64,000 bases of DNA from Candidatus Poribacteria bacterium (GTDB taxonomy: Bacteria > Poribacteria > WGA-4E > WGA-3G), in the NCBI GenBank assembly GCA_022824835.1, contig JAJDZB010000023.1:14461-78460 (forward strand). The letters run 5' to 3'. Below, piece after piece: positions 45,998 through 55,435 of this stretch (positions are counted from its first letter, which is position 1; each line of letters begins with the position of its first letter). The translations under genes were made by a program, and so were the position numbers. The notes beneath the pieces are model-generated. The model was not told where the DNA came from and searched no databases. It saw only the letters and a list, made by a program, of their open reading frames with translations.

Positions 45998-46771
45998 TCA
46001 ATCATCTAAATTCGGTATGGATGCATACCTATTATAACCACCTGTTTTATCTTCACCTTGCACAAGATATATATCGTGTGTACGACGCCAATTTGCACCG
46101 TGAAACCGTACATTCGCTGGCATATAGCGCATCGTATACCCACATCTACGTTTTTGCGAGACATTCGGACTGGAATTATGGATCGTCCATGCATCGTGAA
46201 AATGACATTCACCTACTTCCAATTCAAGATCAACCGCTTTTGAGGTATCTATATCCTCATCCACTACTTCACTCCCGAACAGATTGTTATCTCTTTTTAC
46301 AGGTTCGTAACGTCTGTCCTGTTGCGTGTGACTCCCGGGTATAACACGCATACAACCGTTTTCGATCTTTGATTCATCAACCGCGAGCCACATCGTAATT
46401 ACGTGCATCGGTTCTAACATCTTACCCCAATAGACACCGTCCTGATGCCACGGTACTGCCATACCATCATTCTCACGCTTACTGATAAAATGACTTGACC
46501 AGAGCAATATATCCGGACCAATAAATCGCGCAATCACATCTAACACGCGCGGATGTGTCAAGTACTTGAACAGATACGGATGCTCAAAATGCGGAACATC
46601 CATCTGCTCAGGACGTTTACCTTCTGGTAAGTTCTCAATCATCTTGTCTACATATTCACGTAACGCGTTTAATTCTGCTTCGGTAAATATTCGTCCGAAA
46701 GTAAGATATCCATTTTCTTTTTAGAAATTCACCTGTTCATCAGAGACTGTCGTATTCAGTTGCCAACTCAT
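45998..46771 (-). pseudogene. Phytanoyl-CoA dioxygenase (PhyH)-family gene with an in-frame TAA
   Basis: From the ATG at 46769-46771 the minus-strand frame reads MSWQLNTTVSDEQVNF*KENGYLTFGRIFTEAELNALREYVDKMIENLPEG... and continues in the same frame into the 214-aa ORF. The TAA is at 46721-46723. Confidence 0.55.
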
Positions 46772-46950
46772 GAATCACCTATCTTCATTATATTCGTAAG
46801 AAACTCACTAAATCCTATTGGATAGAGTATATCATATCACATCTTTCTTTTCTATACATTCATCCATGATTGTGCCCCAGTAATTGTTCCTCTTTGTAGC
46901 ACAAACTTTCCAGTTTGTGTCCCTCGTAGCACATTCTGTTAGATTGTGCA

Positions 46951-47030
46951 AATTCACCGTCCTTCCATCCTTCCACCCTTCCACCCTTCCATTCTGCCAT
47001 CCTTCCATTCTTCCATTCTTCCAGTGCTGG
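46951..47030. repeat. CTTCCA-type microsatellite-like tract
   Basis: CCTTCCATCCTTCCACCCTTCCACCCTTCCATTCTGCCATCCTTCCATTCTTCCATTCTTCCA. A related tract lies at 24841-24900. Confidence 0.8.
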
Positions 47031-47137
47031 TAGTTTCGGTTTCCTATCTTGTTGTTATTTTTTAAAAACAGACGTTATATAATCAAAACTCGCAACTACA
47101 ACATATAGAAACATAATGTGTTCTCATTGAGGAGACC

Positions 47138-48217
47138 ATGCGCCATTTCATAACACTGGACGATTTTTCAAACTTTGAAATAGAACAGATCTTCAGATTA
47201 GCAGCAGGAATGCAAACACAATTAGAAACCTGGGCAGGAATCTGCCGTAGCAAACTCTTAGCAACCCTTTTCTATGAACCGAGCACACGTACCCGACTCT
47301 CCTTTGAAAGCGCAATGGAAAGACTCAATGGCGGAACATTAGGATTCGCTGACCCAAATTCTACATCCGCAGCCAAAGGCGAAACGCTCGCGGATACCGC
47401 AAGAATGGTAACGAACTATGCCGACATCATTGTAGTACGGCATAACTGGGCGGGCTCCGCACGTGTAATCGCAAAACATGCAAGTATACCCGTCATCAAC
47501 GGAGGAGATGGAAGCCACGCACATCCAACACAAGCTCTCACCGATCTATATACAATCATTCGCAGAAAATCAAAAGTTCAAGGTTTAACTGTCGGAATCT
47601 GTGGAGACCTACAATACGGACGCGCTGCACATTCCTTCGCTTTAGCAGTCGCAAGATTCGGAGGTAAACTGGTACATATCGCACCAAAAGGTCTACAAAT
47701 GCCAACGTGGCTCCTCACACGATTAACAAAATACCACAAACATCAACCACTTGAGGTGGAAAACATCAAAGACGTAATTGAGAAACTTGATGTAATCTAT
47801 GTAAACAGATTGCAGGAGGAGAGATTGCCACCCTCTGTAGATGCGGCGACAGTTCGAGGAAGTTATCTATTGAATGCTGAAGTGATGAAAAATGCTAAAC
47901 CTGATGCTATGATTATGCATCCGCTTCCTCGTGTAAACGAACTCGCTTATGAATTGGATGATGACCCGCGCGCTGCATATTTTGAACAATCCGCAAATGC
48001 AGTACCCATCCGTATGGCACTTATCTCAAGTCTTATGGGATTACAACAACTCATCTTAACCCAACCGCCAAAACGCAACATAACTGAAGCATCACATCGG
48101 TGTGAAAATCCAAACTGTGTCACAAATCACGAAACGTATCTATTACCTGAACAGGAAACGTTTAATGGCGATACGACAATACAGACCTGTGCATATTGTG
48201 GTAGTTTGATTAAGTGA
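47138..48217 (+). CDS. Aspartate/ornithine-carbamoyltransferase-family catalytic chain fused to a PyrI-like C-terminal zinc domain
   Basis: Carbamoyl-phosphate motif STRTR (FYEPSTRTRLSFE) and HPTQALTDL. The C-terminal CENPNCVTNHE...CAYCG resembles the Zn domain of the aspartate carbamoyltransferase (ATCase) regulatory chain. GAGGAG Shine-Dalgarno site. Confidence 0.6.
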   Translation: MRHFITLDDFSNFEIEQIFRLAAGMQTQLETWAGICRSKLLATLFYEPSTRTRLSFESAMERLNGGTLGFADPNSTSAAKGETLADTARMVTNYADIIVVRHNWAGSARVIAKHASIPVINGGDGSHAHPTQALTDLYTIIRRKSKVQGLTVGICGDLQYGRAAHSFALAVARFGGKLVHIAPKGLQMPTWLLTRLTKYHKHQPLEVENIKDVIEKLDVIYVNRLQEERLPPSVDAATVRGSYLLNAEVMKNAKPDAMIMHPLPRVNELAYELDDDPRAAYFEQSANAVPIRMALISSLMGLQQLILTQPPKRNITEASHRCENPNCVTNHETYLLPEQETFNGDTTIQTCAYCGSLIK

Positions 48218-48223
48218 AAATAC

Positions 48224-49717
48224 CTACTCTTCCTCATCTTCTTCAGCATTAGGCACCTTAGAGATCAATCCATCTTTTTCAATGACTGCCTCACGTGTTG
48301 GCCAATGTGTATCCGCATTTTCCCCAGACGACTGCCAACCACCTTCAAAAAAGGTCATTGTGACAAAATCTTTTTCTGTATCGGGTAAGTTGTCAGGAAA
48401 AGGATTATAAGTTGTCCAATTGGTATAAGTAACCGGTTCACCGCTATCCCATTGCCATACGCCTTCCTTCTCAACATCGTTGAGTCCTATCCAAAACGAA
48501 TGCCTCTGAAATATTGTCTCCACCCAAAACTGTTCCTCTTCGTTGTTTATTGATACGAGATGTGCACCTTCTTTAATCGCTTTCTGTTGTGCATCATACC
48601 AATTTTCACAACTGACTTTTGCATAAGCATGTCCATTCGCGGGGTTAATGATCCAGACAATGTTTTCCGGTTTCCATTCAAGCCGACGAACATTAGGATT
48701 TATTTTTACGTGAGGACGAGCATTTCTTTTTCCCAATAACCCTTGGACAATACTCCGTGCTTTGTCCTCATCAAACTCCTTACTAACTTCCTTCGGTTTT
48801 TTCTTTACCGTAGGACTCCCATTAAGTTTTATGACAAGCTTCTCAGGTTCTTTGTCTTCTGTTAGAACGAAGGGACCTGCACCACCAGTAAATCCTCTAT
48901 GCTCTACAGACAGCGTATAATATCCAGCATTATCTCTATACTCTATGAAATACCCTTTCGCGTCGGTAAAATTATTAGTTCCATAAGAACCACCTTGCGT
49001 TCCAATATCTCCGGTTTCAACGTCCATGTCAAGATCGATTTGTGCATTTGCAACGGGTGTACCATCTGAATACACGACCTGGGCATAGATCTTCATTCTC
49101 TTCTTCACAGTAATTTTAACGTCTTTGATTTTCGCCTTCGGTTTAAGTCCAAACCGAAGGCTCTCAAAAGGTCCATGTCTCTCTTCTGGATAGAAAAAAA
49201 TAAGTTTATTCAGTCGAATAGAAACTAATTTGATACCAGATTCTCCTTTACCAAACATCAGGTGTCTGGGAAAATGAGCAGCTACTTGTGCATTCTGTGC
49301 CTTATGCTCCTGTGGTTCCTTGCTAACTTCAGGTAATGGCATTATCTGGATCTGACCAGGTATGATATTGGGAGCATCAAATTTTCCATCTGCATCTGTT
49401 TCCACCGACAGAAACCTCTGAGGTGTACCCTTTTGAGCGTTTCCTCCTTGCAGTTCTATCCATTCACCATCCTCGCCTCTTACTTCTAATTTAGGAGCAG
49501 GAACTACAAACTGCAGTTGTCTATTTCCATTGTTGGATTCGGATGAATGAATAGAAAACTTGAAACCCGGTAAGGGTTTTCCTTCACTGTCTACAACTAT
49601 TCCAGACAGTCCACACGTTGCACTTTGTTCTGGTTGTTGAATTATCTCTTCAACACTAATGCTTTGCACTGTAAAGCATATTGTAAAAATACAGACTAAA
49701 AGTATTAATTGTTTCAT
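48224..49717 (-). CDS. Secreted protein with carboxypeptidase-regulatory-like beta-sandwich domains and a C-terminal C-type-lectin-like domain; paralogue 4 of the array
   Basis: Start trimmed to the ATG at 49715-49717 (MKQLILLV) after AAGGAG. Signal peptide. The C-type-lectin-like domain motif is WIINPANGHAYAKVSC...EGAHLVSINNEEEQFWV...FWIGLND...W.W.DGEPVTYTNW. Confidence 0.65.
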   Translation of the reverse strand: MKQLILLVCIFTICFTVQSISVEEIIQQPEQSATCGLSGIVVDSEGKPLPGFKFSIHSSESNNGNRQLQFVVPAPKLEVRGEDGEWIELQGGNAQKGTPQRFLSVETDADGKFDAPNIIPGQIQIMPLPEVSKEPQEHKAQNAQVAAHFPRHLMFGKGESGIKLVSIRLNKLIFFYPEERHGPFESLRFGLKPKAKIKDVKITVKKRMKIYAQVVYSDGTPVANAQIDLDMDVETGDIGTQGGSYGTNNFTDAKGYFIEYRDNAGYYTLSVEHRGFTGGAGPFVLTEDKEPEKLVIKLNGSPTVKKKPKEVSKEFDEDKARSIVQGLLGKRNARPHVKINPNVRRLEWKPENIVWIINPANGHAYAKVSCENWYDAQQKAIKEGAHLVSINNEEEQFWVETIFQRHSFWIGLNDVEKEGVWQWDSGEPVTYTNWTTYNPFPDNLPDTEKDFVTMTFFEGGWQSSGENADTHWPTREAVIEKDGLISKVPNAEEDEEE

Positions 49718-49740
49718 CGTCAATACTCCTTGTATATGGT

Positions 49741-49830
49741 TATGTAGTAAAACATACAATTAATGAGACACTTTTGTAGCACACCCCGGTAGGTTCGGTT
49801 TCCTAACCGAACATAATGTCCAATTAATTC
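49741..49830. mobile_element. MITE-related fragment (short variant)
   Basis: GTAAAACATACAATTAATGAGACACTTTTGTAGCACACCCCGGTAGGTTCGGTTTCCTAACCGAAC matches 3975-4050. Confidence 0.55.
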
Positions 49831-49850
49831 TAACTTCTACTATATATTAG

Positions 49851-51128
49851 TTATTCCGTGTTTTCCTCTGATTCAGGTGTGCCTATCATAAGATCAACTT
49901 TTTCTAAAATTGCTCTTTTAGTGATATTCACGAGATGACCATCACTACGCGTTCTTTGCCATTTGCCAGTCACACCGATCAGTACACTGTATTTTGTCTG
50001 ATCTTTCTTTTCTGTATCCTTATCACTTTCAGATATCAGATTATTATCATCCCAATTTGTATAAGTGAGTGGATCCCCATCATCCCACTCCTTATCGTTT
50101 TTCTTTATACCGTCTGTGAATCCTATCCAATAGTTTTCTGCGCCAAAAACACTAAGCAACCACGTCTGTTCAGCTGCATCATTAATTGAAACGAGATGTG
50201 CACCTTCCTCTTTAGCTCTTTCTATCGCTTCTTCTGGAGTCTGACATTCGATCCTTTTGTATGCATGTCTATTGGCTGGGTTGATTGCCCACACACCTTT
50301 GCGTCGACGCTCGTGGAATGCTTGTCTACGTTCAAAATTAGGTTGTCCCTGAATTTCTTGTTTAACCTCTTCTGGTATTTTAGGTTCTTCTATTTTCTCT
50401 TTCAGTTTTAGGGTGAGTCCTTCAAGACGTTGTCCCTGTTCAAGCAATATTTCCTTGGATTCCACAGTCTGCCCCTGATATGTCACAGAAACAGTATAGT
50501 ACGCAGGAGAACTTACATAACGTGTAAACTTTCCTTCTGCATCAAGTGTTCTTGTTCCACCACTACTACCGCCGCCCCCGCTTAATCTTCGTCTTTTGAC
50601 CATCATGTTAACATGAGCATTGCTTAGCGGCACACCATCTGCATCAAGCACTTGTCCACTAATCTTCATACGTAGACGAACGGTAATCTTTACATCCTTA
50701 ATATCGCTCTCCTCTTCAATACCAAAAGGAAATCCTTCATGCATCATACGTCCCAGATGAGACATATAGAAACTAATACCTTGCATCTCTATTGAAATAA
50801 ATTCATAATCTGACTCAAAGCCACCGAACAATTGTAATGCATTCACTGTGGGTGATGTAATATTGTCAATAGAGAACTCACCATTAGCATCACTCTCTGC
50901 AGGTTGCGGGGGAGGGAACACACGTTCATTCATGTTAAACCGGTGCCTATCAGGAATAAACTTTCCTTTATATGAATCTATTGATACCTGCACATCTGGA
51001 ACAGGATTTCCCTCTACATCAACGATTTTACCTGAAAATTTCGCTGCTGAGCAGTAAGGTGCTGCCATCAACATAACAACAAAACTTACGATGGATACAT
51101 AAAATATTGTGAACCCTAAACGACTCAT
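49851..51128 (-). CDS. Secreted carboxypeptidase-regulatory-like plus C-type-lectin-like domain protein; paralogue 3
   Basis: GGAGGAG Shine-Dalgarno site and signal peptide. C-terminal WAINPANRHAYKRIEC...EGAHLVSINDAAEQTWL...YWIGFTDG...W.DGDPLTYTNW. Confidence 0.65.
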   Translation of the reverse strand: MSRLGFTIFYVSIVSFVVMLMAAPYCSAAKFSGKIVDVEGNPVPDVQVSIDSYKGKFIPDRHRFNMNERVFPPPQPAESDANGEFSIDNITSPTVNALQLFGGFESDYEFISIEMQGISFYMSHLGRMMHEGFPFGIEEESDIKDVKITVRLRMKISGQVLDADGVPLSNAHVNMMVKRRRLSGGGGSSGGTRTLDAEGKFTRYVSSPAYYTVSVTYQGQTVESKEILLEQGQRLEGLTLKLKEKIEEPKIPEEVKQEIQGQPNFERRQAFHERRRKGVWAINPANRHAYKRIECQTPEEAIERAKEEGAHLVSINDAAEQTWLLSVFGAENYWIGFTDGIKKNDKEWDDGDPLTYTNWDDNNLISESDKDTEKKDQTKYSVLIGVTGKWQRTRSDGHLVNITKRAILEKVDLMIGTPESEENTE

Positions 51129-51257
51129 CTGATCTCCTCCTCTGGTTATATTAGGTGGGTAAACAAGGGAATTAAATCAATATGAGTATTATACACTATG
51201 GGGAAAGAATAGGCAATAGTAAAGTAGGAGATAGATCAGCGACATGCTGACAAAAAA

Positions 51258-52667
51258 TCATTTCTTTTTGATTGATGCCTTTTCGATTGTTGTAAGTATC
51301 TTAATGTCTCCTTTTTCAATAATTGCAAACTTAGTCATTTGCACAATAACACTCTTAGGACTGACAGCATACCATTTTCCATCAGCAAAAGTAGTAACAA
51401 CGTGCTTTCTTTCAGCGGCATCCCATGTTTCAGAAAAGTAATCATTGGGTAACCAGTTTTTGTATGTGATAGCTTCACCGTTCTGCCATTGCCATCCTGT
51501 CTTATTTTCATCTTTACTGAGTCCTATCCAATAGAATTCATTGCCAAAGACAGAACTTAACCACTCCTGTTCTATCGCATCGTTAATCGTGACAAGATGT
51601 GCTTTCTCTTTGATGGCTTGTGCAATAGCATCGTCACGAGTTTTGCAACGAACTCTCTTATATGCATGCCGGTTTACTGGATTCACAATCCATACTTCGT
51701 TAGATTCAGGTTGTTGTGTTTCCTGTGTCTCTTTCGGATTGGTTTTAGCAGGTTTTACCTCTGTCTTAGGAGGGAGTGGTTTGGGTGCAATCGGTTTACT
51801 ATTAAATGTAAACGACAAACCTGCCAATCTCTCTCCTGGTTCAAGTCGAATAGGTTTGGCAGTTGCTACAAGACCTTGATATTTCACTGAAAACGTGTAG
51901 ATTCTTGTATCTTTTTCTTCGTCAAGATAATAGACAAAACTACCATTACTATCTGTTCGAGGTGTGCCAGATATACGTCTCCTATCATTTTCAAGACTAA
52001 ATTGTGCTTGCATCTCCAACAACGCATTAGAAAGTGGCGTACCATCTTCAAAAACAACCTGTCCTTGAACACGCATACGTGGTTGTACTGTAACCACTAC
52101 GTCTTTTATATGGGAACCCGGCTCAATCCCGAATACAACTTCCCCGGCATCACCAGCTGGATAGAAGGTGATTCCTTTGACGTTAAGAGATAGGATCTCC
52201 ACGTCTGGCTCAAAATCATCGTAACCGAAACCGAAATTATTCGCAATAAAAACATCAATATAGTCTGGATGGAGCATTGCATCATCCAAAGACAGAAATT
52301 CTTCAAGTTTTTTTTCATAGTCAGGTGGTAAACGCTCATCTATGTTGTAGGAGAGTGTCCCGAAGTAAAATGATCCTTTTGGTATACCGGTTATAGAAAA
52401 CTGACCTTTTTCATCAGTCTGAGCCCGACGCAACAAGAAAAAGTCATTAGGCAAATTTACCTTTGATCCCCAACTATTATTGATGATTTCCAAGGGAGCG
52501 ATAAATAGTGGCAAATTCTGAACAGGATGTCCATTTATATCAACAAAACGTCCACTAACGCTTGCAGTGCCTTCCTGATCAATACTATATGAAGTAAGTC
52601 CAGGGACATGTATCAGAATTGGCATGAGCAATATAGTAACGCTGAGTCTAAAAAATAAACGTATCAT
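51258..52667 (-). CDS. Secreted carboxypeptidase-regulatory-like plus C-type-lectin-like domain protein; paralogue 2
   Basis: Start trimmed to the ATG at 52665-52667 (MIRLFF) after GAAGGAG. It starts ~60 bp below the stop of the sigma-fusion gene. C-terminal WIVNPVNRHAYKRVRC...KAHLVTINDAIEQEWL...YWIGLS...W.W.NGEAITYKNW. Confidence 0.65.
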   Translation of the reverse strand: MIRLFFRLSVTILLMPILIHVPGLTSYSIDQEGTASVSGRFVDINGHPVQNLPLFIAPLEIINNSWGSKVNLPNDFFLLRRAQTDEKGQFSITGIPKGSFYFGTLSYNIDERLPPDYEKKLEEFLSLDDAMLHPDYIDVFIANNFGFGYDDFEPDVEILSLNVKGITFYPAGDAGEVVFGIEPGSHIKDVVVTVQPRMRVQGQVVFEDGTPLSNALLEMQAQFSLENDRRRISGTPRTDSNGSFVYYLDEEKDTRIYTFSVKYQGLVATAKPIRLEPGERLAGLSFTFNSKPIAPKPLPPKTEVKPAKTNPKETQETQQPESNEVWIVNPVNRHAYKRVRCKTRDDAIAQAIKEKAHLVTINDAIEQEWLSSVFGNEFYWIGLSKDENKTGWQWQNGEAITYKNWLPNDYFSETWDAAERKHVVTTFADGKWYAVSPKSVIVQMTKFAIIEKGDIKILTTIEKASIKKK

Positions 52668-52730
52668 ACGGTGTTCTCCTTCAAAAGTATTTGTAAAGTG
52701 GTGCAATAAATCAGATTCCATAAAACCAAA

Positions 52731-54794
52731 CTATTCCTCATCTGACCAATTTTCCTTCTCAAGTAGTGTAGTTTGTACCCATCGCCATTCTATACTCTCA
52801 GGACCAATATCCACCCATCCTTGCATAGTTAGAATAACATAATCCTCATCACCATTGTCAGAGTCATCGGGTTCATCCTCTGCCCAATTAGTGTATTCTA
52901 CAGATTCGCCATTGTGCCACTTCCACACTCCTTCTTCTTCAATATCGTTGAGACCAATCAGTATTCTGTCTGGTAGGAAAACTTTCTTTATCCACTCCTG
53001 TTCTGCCTCATCATTAATTCTGACCAGATAAGCACCTTCTGCTGTGCTTTGGAGAATAGCATCCTCAGGACTACGAGACCGGATTTTTTTGTATGCATGA
53101 CCATTTAATGGATTTACTACCCACACGTCTTGTGCGTCAAGACCGCTATAGACTGATGCACTTGCTTGTAATCTGTTTGGAACGTCCTTCGGTGATGGCG
53201 GAATGACGGGTGAATTGAACATAAAGACAGCGTTGTGAGTTCTATATCCAGGTTTAACCACAATTGGTTTCAACATTGCACGCTGCCCTTGATAATCCAC
53301 AGACATTATGTAAAAAGCGGGTCCATTGATATGGGATGGAACATATTGTATGAAATTCCCTTCAATATCTGTCCTTGTTCCAAAACCAATATTACTCTCT
53401 CCCATTCCATCCAGACCTAATTGATTTACATTGAATTCTATGTGTGCATTGGCTACTGGCGTTTCGTCCATGTGTAAAACTGTCCCTTGGATTCTTAGAA
53501 AGTGTGTGACCGCCACTTCTATGTTTTCAATCTTTTCTATTGATTCCGGTGCAAACACAATCCCAGAACCGATCATATTATCGATTGAATAAAAAGAAAT
53601 ACCACCAATCTTTAACTTCAATACTTGAGCTATCGGTTTATAATAGGGTAATACGCCAAATGCGTATGGACCTTGGTTGATTGCCTTGATGGTGAAATCT
53701 CCATTGGAATTAACCTCCGCAGGGAACGCTAATGGGTCATCGGGCCAGTCCTGGTCCTCATCTACAGGTATTGGAAACCACCCTCCATTGTTATATTCTA
53801 CAGGGATTATAGCTAACTTGACATCGCTCGCTGGATTCCCGCTATCATCAACTACATGACCGCTTGCTGAGAAGGATGAGTCCACATTAGGTTCCTGAAT
53901 TGTACCTTCGCTCTCATTAGGTGCATCCGCATGACCAATCTGATTTTGCACATCAGGATCAGATGGCAGATTTGTCATTACAGATGCATCAACAATGTCA
54001 ACTGTCAGTTCAGTTGTCGTGTCAAGACTGTAGGGTTGCTGAAAACGGGCAGAATGTTGGGCACCAAGTCCAAGCATCAACACCACCAAAACAAAAGTTG
54101 AAGTAGCAACTACCCACGGTATAAATGGTTTGCTACCGGAAGGGTTAGTGGGGTCAATCTGTGCACCAGTTTCGTTGATGGTTCGGATTATGTTTTCTGT
54201 CAAATTTGTTGATGGTTGATAACTTCCTAAGGTTTCCCTTATCATGTGTTCCTCCTTTTGTAATCGCTGTCGGGCACGATGGAGACGGCTTTTCACCGTA
54301 TTCAACGATACACCCAAAAAATCACTAATTTCTTTAATCGAACTCCCAGCGAGATAATGCAGCGTTATGACGACCCGTTCACTCTCAGGTAGTTTTTGAA
54401 GAAGCCGGTCAACGAGATCAATTCGCCTCTCTAATGCTCTCTCTTCAAGCTGTTGATCCATATATTCTGAATAGCGTTGTCTTTCAAGTTCTACTTCAGG
54501 CAAGTCTTCTAAGGACTGCATTTCTACGCTTCTTTTTTCAAACCAAGTCTTACACAGACGATTCGCTATCACATAAAGCCATCCTGCAAATAGATTTGGA
54601 TTCTTCAATTTACCAAGATTCCTGTAAGCTCTGAGGAAGGTATCTTGCGTAATCTCTTCAGCTATATGAAAATCTCCGATTTTACGCCACGCAAGGGCAT
54701 GGACACGTTCTTGGTATCTCTGCACAAGCTCGGTAAAAGCGTTCTGATCACCAGATAACGTACGATTGATCAGATCATAATCAGTGGTTTCCAT
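52731..54794 (-). CDS. ECF sigma factor (regions sigma-2 and sigma-4) fused through one transmembrane helix to two carboxypeptidase-regulatory-like domains and a C-type-lectin-like domain
   Basis: Sigma-2 is FTELVQRYQERVHALAWRKIGDFHIAEEITQDTF...WLYVIANRL. Sigma-4 is LPESERVVITLHYLAGSSIKEISDFLGVSLNTVKSRLHRAR. The transmembrane helix is IPWVVATSTFVLVVLMLGLGA. The C-terminal WVVNPLNGHAYKKI...EGAYLVRINDEAEQEWI is paralogous to the three downstream genes. GGAGAAG Shine-Dalgarno site. Confidence 0.7.
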   Translation of the reverse strand: METTDYDLINRTLSGDQNAFTELVQRYQERVHALAWRKIGDFHIAEEITQDTFLRAYRNLGKLKNPNLFAGWLYVIANRLCKTWFEKRSVEMQSLEDLPEVELERQRYSEYMDQQLEERALERRIDLVDRLLQKLPESERVVITLHYLAGSSIKEISDFLGVSLNTVKSRLHRARQRLQKEEHMIRETLGSYQPSTNLTENIIRTINETGAQIDPTNPSGSKPFIPWVVATSTFVLVVLMLGLGAQHSARFQQPYSLDTTTELTVDIVDASVMTNLPSDPDVQNQIGHADAPNESEGTIQEPNVDSSFSASGHVVDDSGNPASDVKLAIIPVEYNNGGWFPIPVDEDQDWPDDPLAFPAEVNSNGDFTIKAINQGPYAFGVLPYYKPIAQVLKLKIGGISFYSIDNMIGSGIVFAPESIEKIENIEVAVTHFLRIQGTVLHMDETPVANAHIEFNVNQLGLDGMGESNIGFGTRTDIEGNFIQYVPSHINGPAFYIMSVDYQGQRAMLKPIVVKPGYRTHNAVFMFNSPVIPPSPKDVPNRLQASASVYSGLDAQDVWVVNPLNGHAYKKIRSRSPEDAILQSTAEGAYLVRINDEAEQEWIKKVFLPDRILIGLNDIEEEGVWKWHNGESVEYTNWAEDEPDDSDNGDEDYVILTMQGWVDIGPESIEWRWVQTTLLEKENWSDEE

Positions 54795-54878
54795 GCATCT
54801 TCTCCAAAATTGGATACTTTAAAATATAAAGACTCTGATATTAGTGGCAAAGGTTGCATAAAATGAATTAATTCTAAA

Positions 54879-55076
54879 CGTGAGTTTGATAAATCAGATT
54901 TTCCCAGGCCGGTAGGTTCGGTTTCCTAACCGAACCTGATCCTACGCGAAAACCTTTATGAACGCAAGTGGCACAAAGCAGGTTCGGTTAGGAAACCGAA
55001 CCTACCGGGTCTATGCAAGTGATATTTTGGGCAAAATGAAGTCCATATACCTATTATCAAACTCACGTTAATTCTA
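54879..55076. mobile_element. MITE-family copy 3, full length with perfect 17-bp terminal inverted repeats TAACGTGAGTTTGATAA
   Basis: Left end TAACGTGAGTTTGATAAATCAG... and right end ...TTATCAAACTCACGTTA. The internal long palindrome is present. It lies in the promoter region of the ECF-sigma fusion gene. Confidence 0.8.
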
Positions 55077-55269
55077 ACAATTCTAAAAAAATGAAGAAGA
55101 TAGGAATAATCCCAAGGATAACTGTAAAGAAGTGATTTTCTGAAAAAAGATAAACTTCGTTAATTCTCCCATTTAGAACGTATTTCTTATTTTACACTAA
55201 CCGCAATTTTACATGAGTGGGTAACATATAGCAATAGAAAATGTGTGGTCGTTGGTGTAAAATGTATGG

Positions 55270-55350
55270 GATTTCATAAGCTCTTAATAGTAGTAGGCAC
55301 ACTCCGAGTGCCGTCTCTTATGAATAAAGATGACAAAACATTTACATACC
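55270..55350. repeat. Composite repeat: GGCACACTCCGAGTGCC hairpin plus GATGACAAAACATTTACATACC motif
   Basis: TTCATAAGCTCTTAATAGTAGTAGGCACACTCCGAGTGCCGTCTCTT is near-identical to 28171-28260. It sits ~90 bp upstream of the dehydratase gene. Confidence 0.75.
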
Positions 55351-55435
55351 CCAACTGAAAAACAGATTGACATAATCTGTATATGATGTTATTATAGGTA
55401 ATCATTTTTCCAAATATGATAAAGGTAAACTCGTA

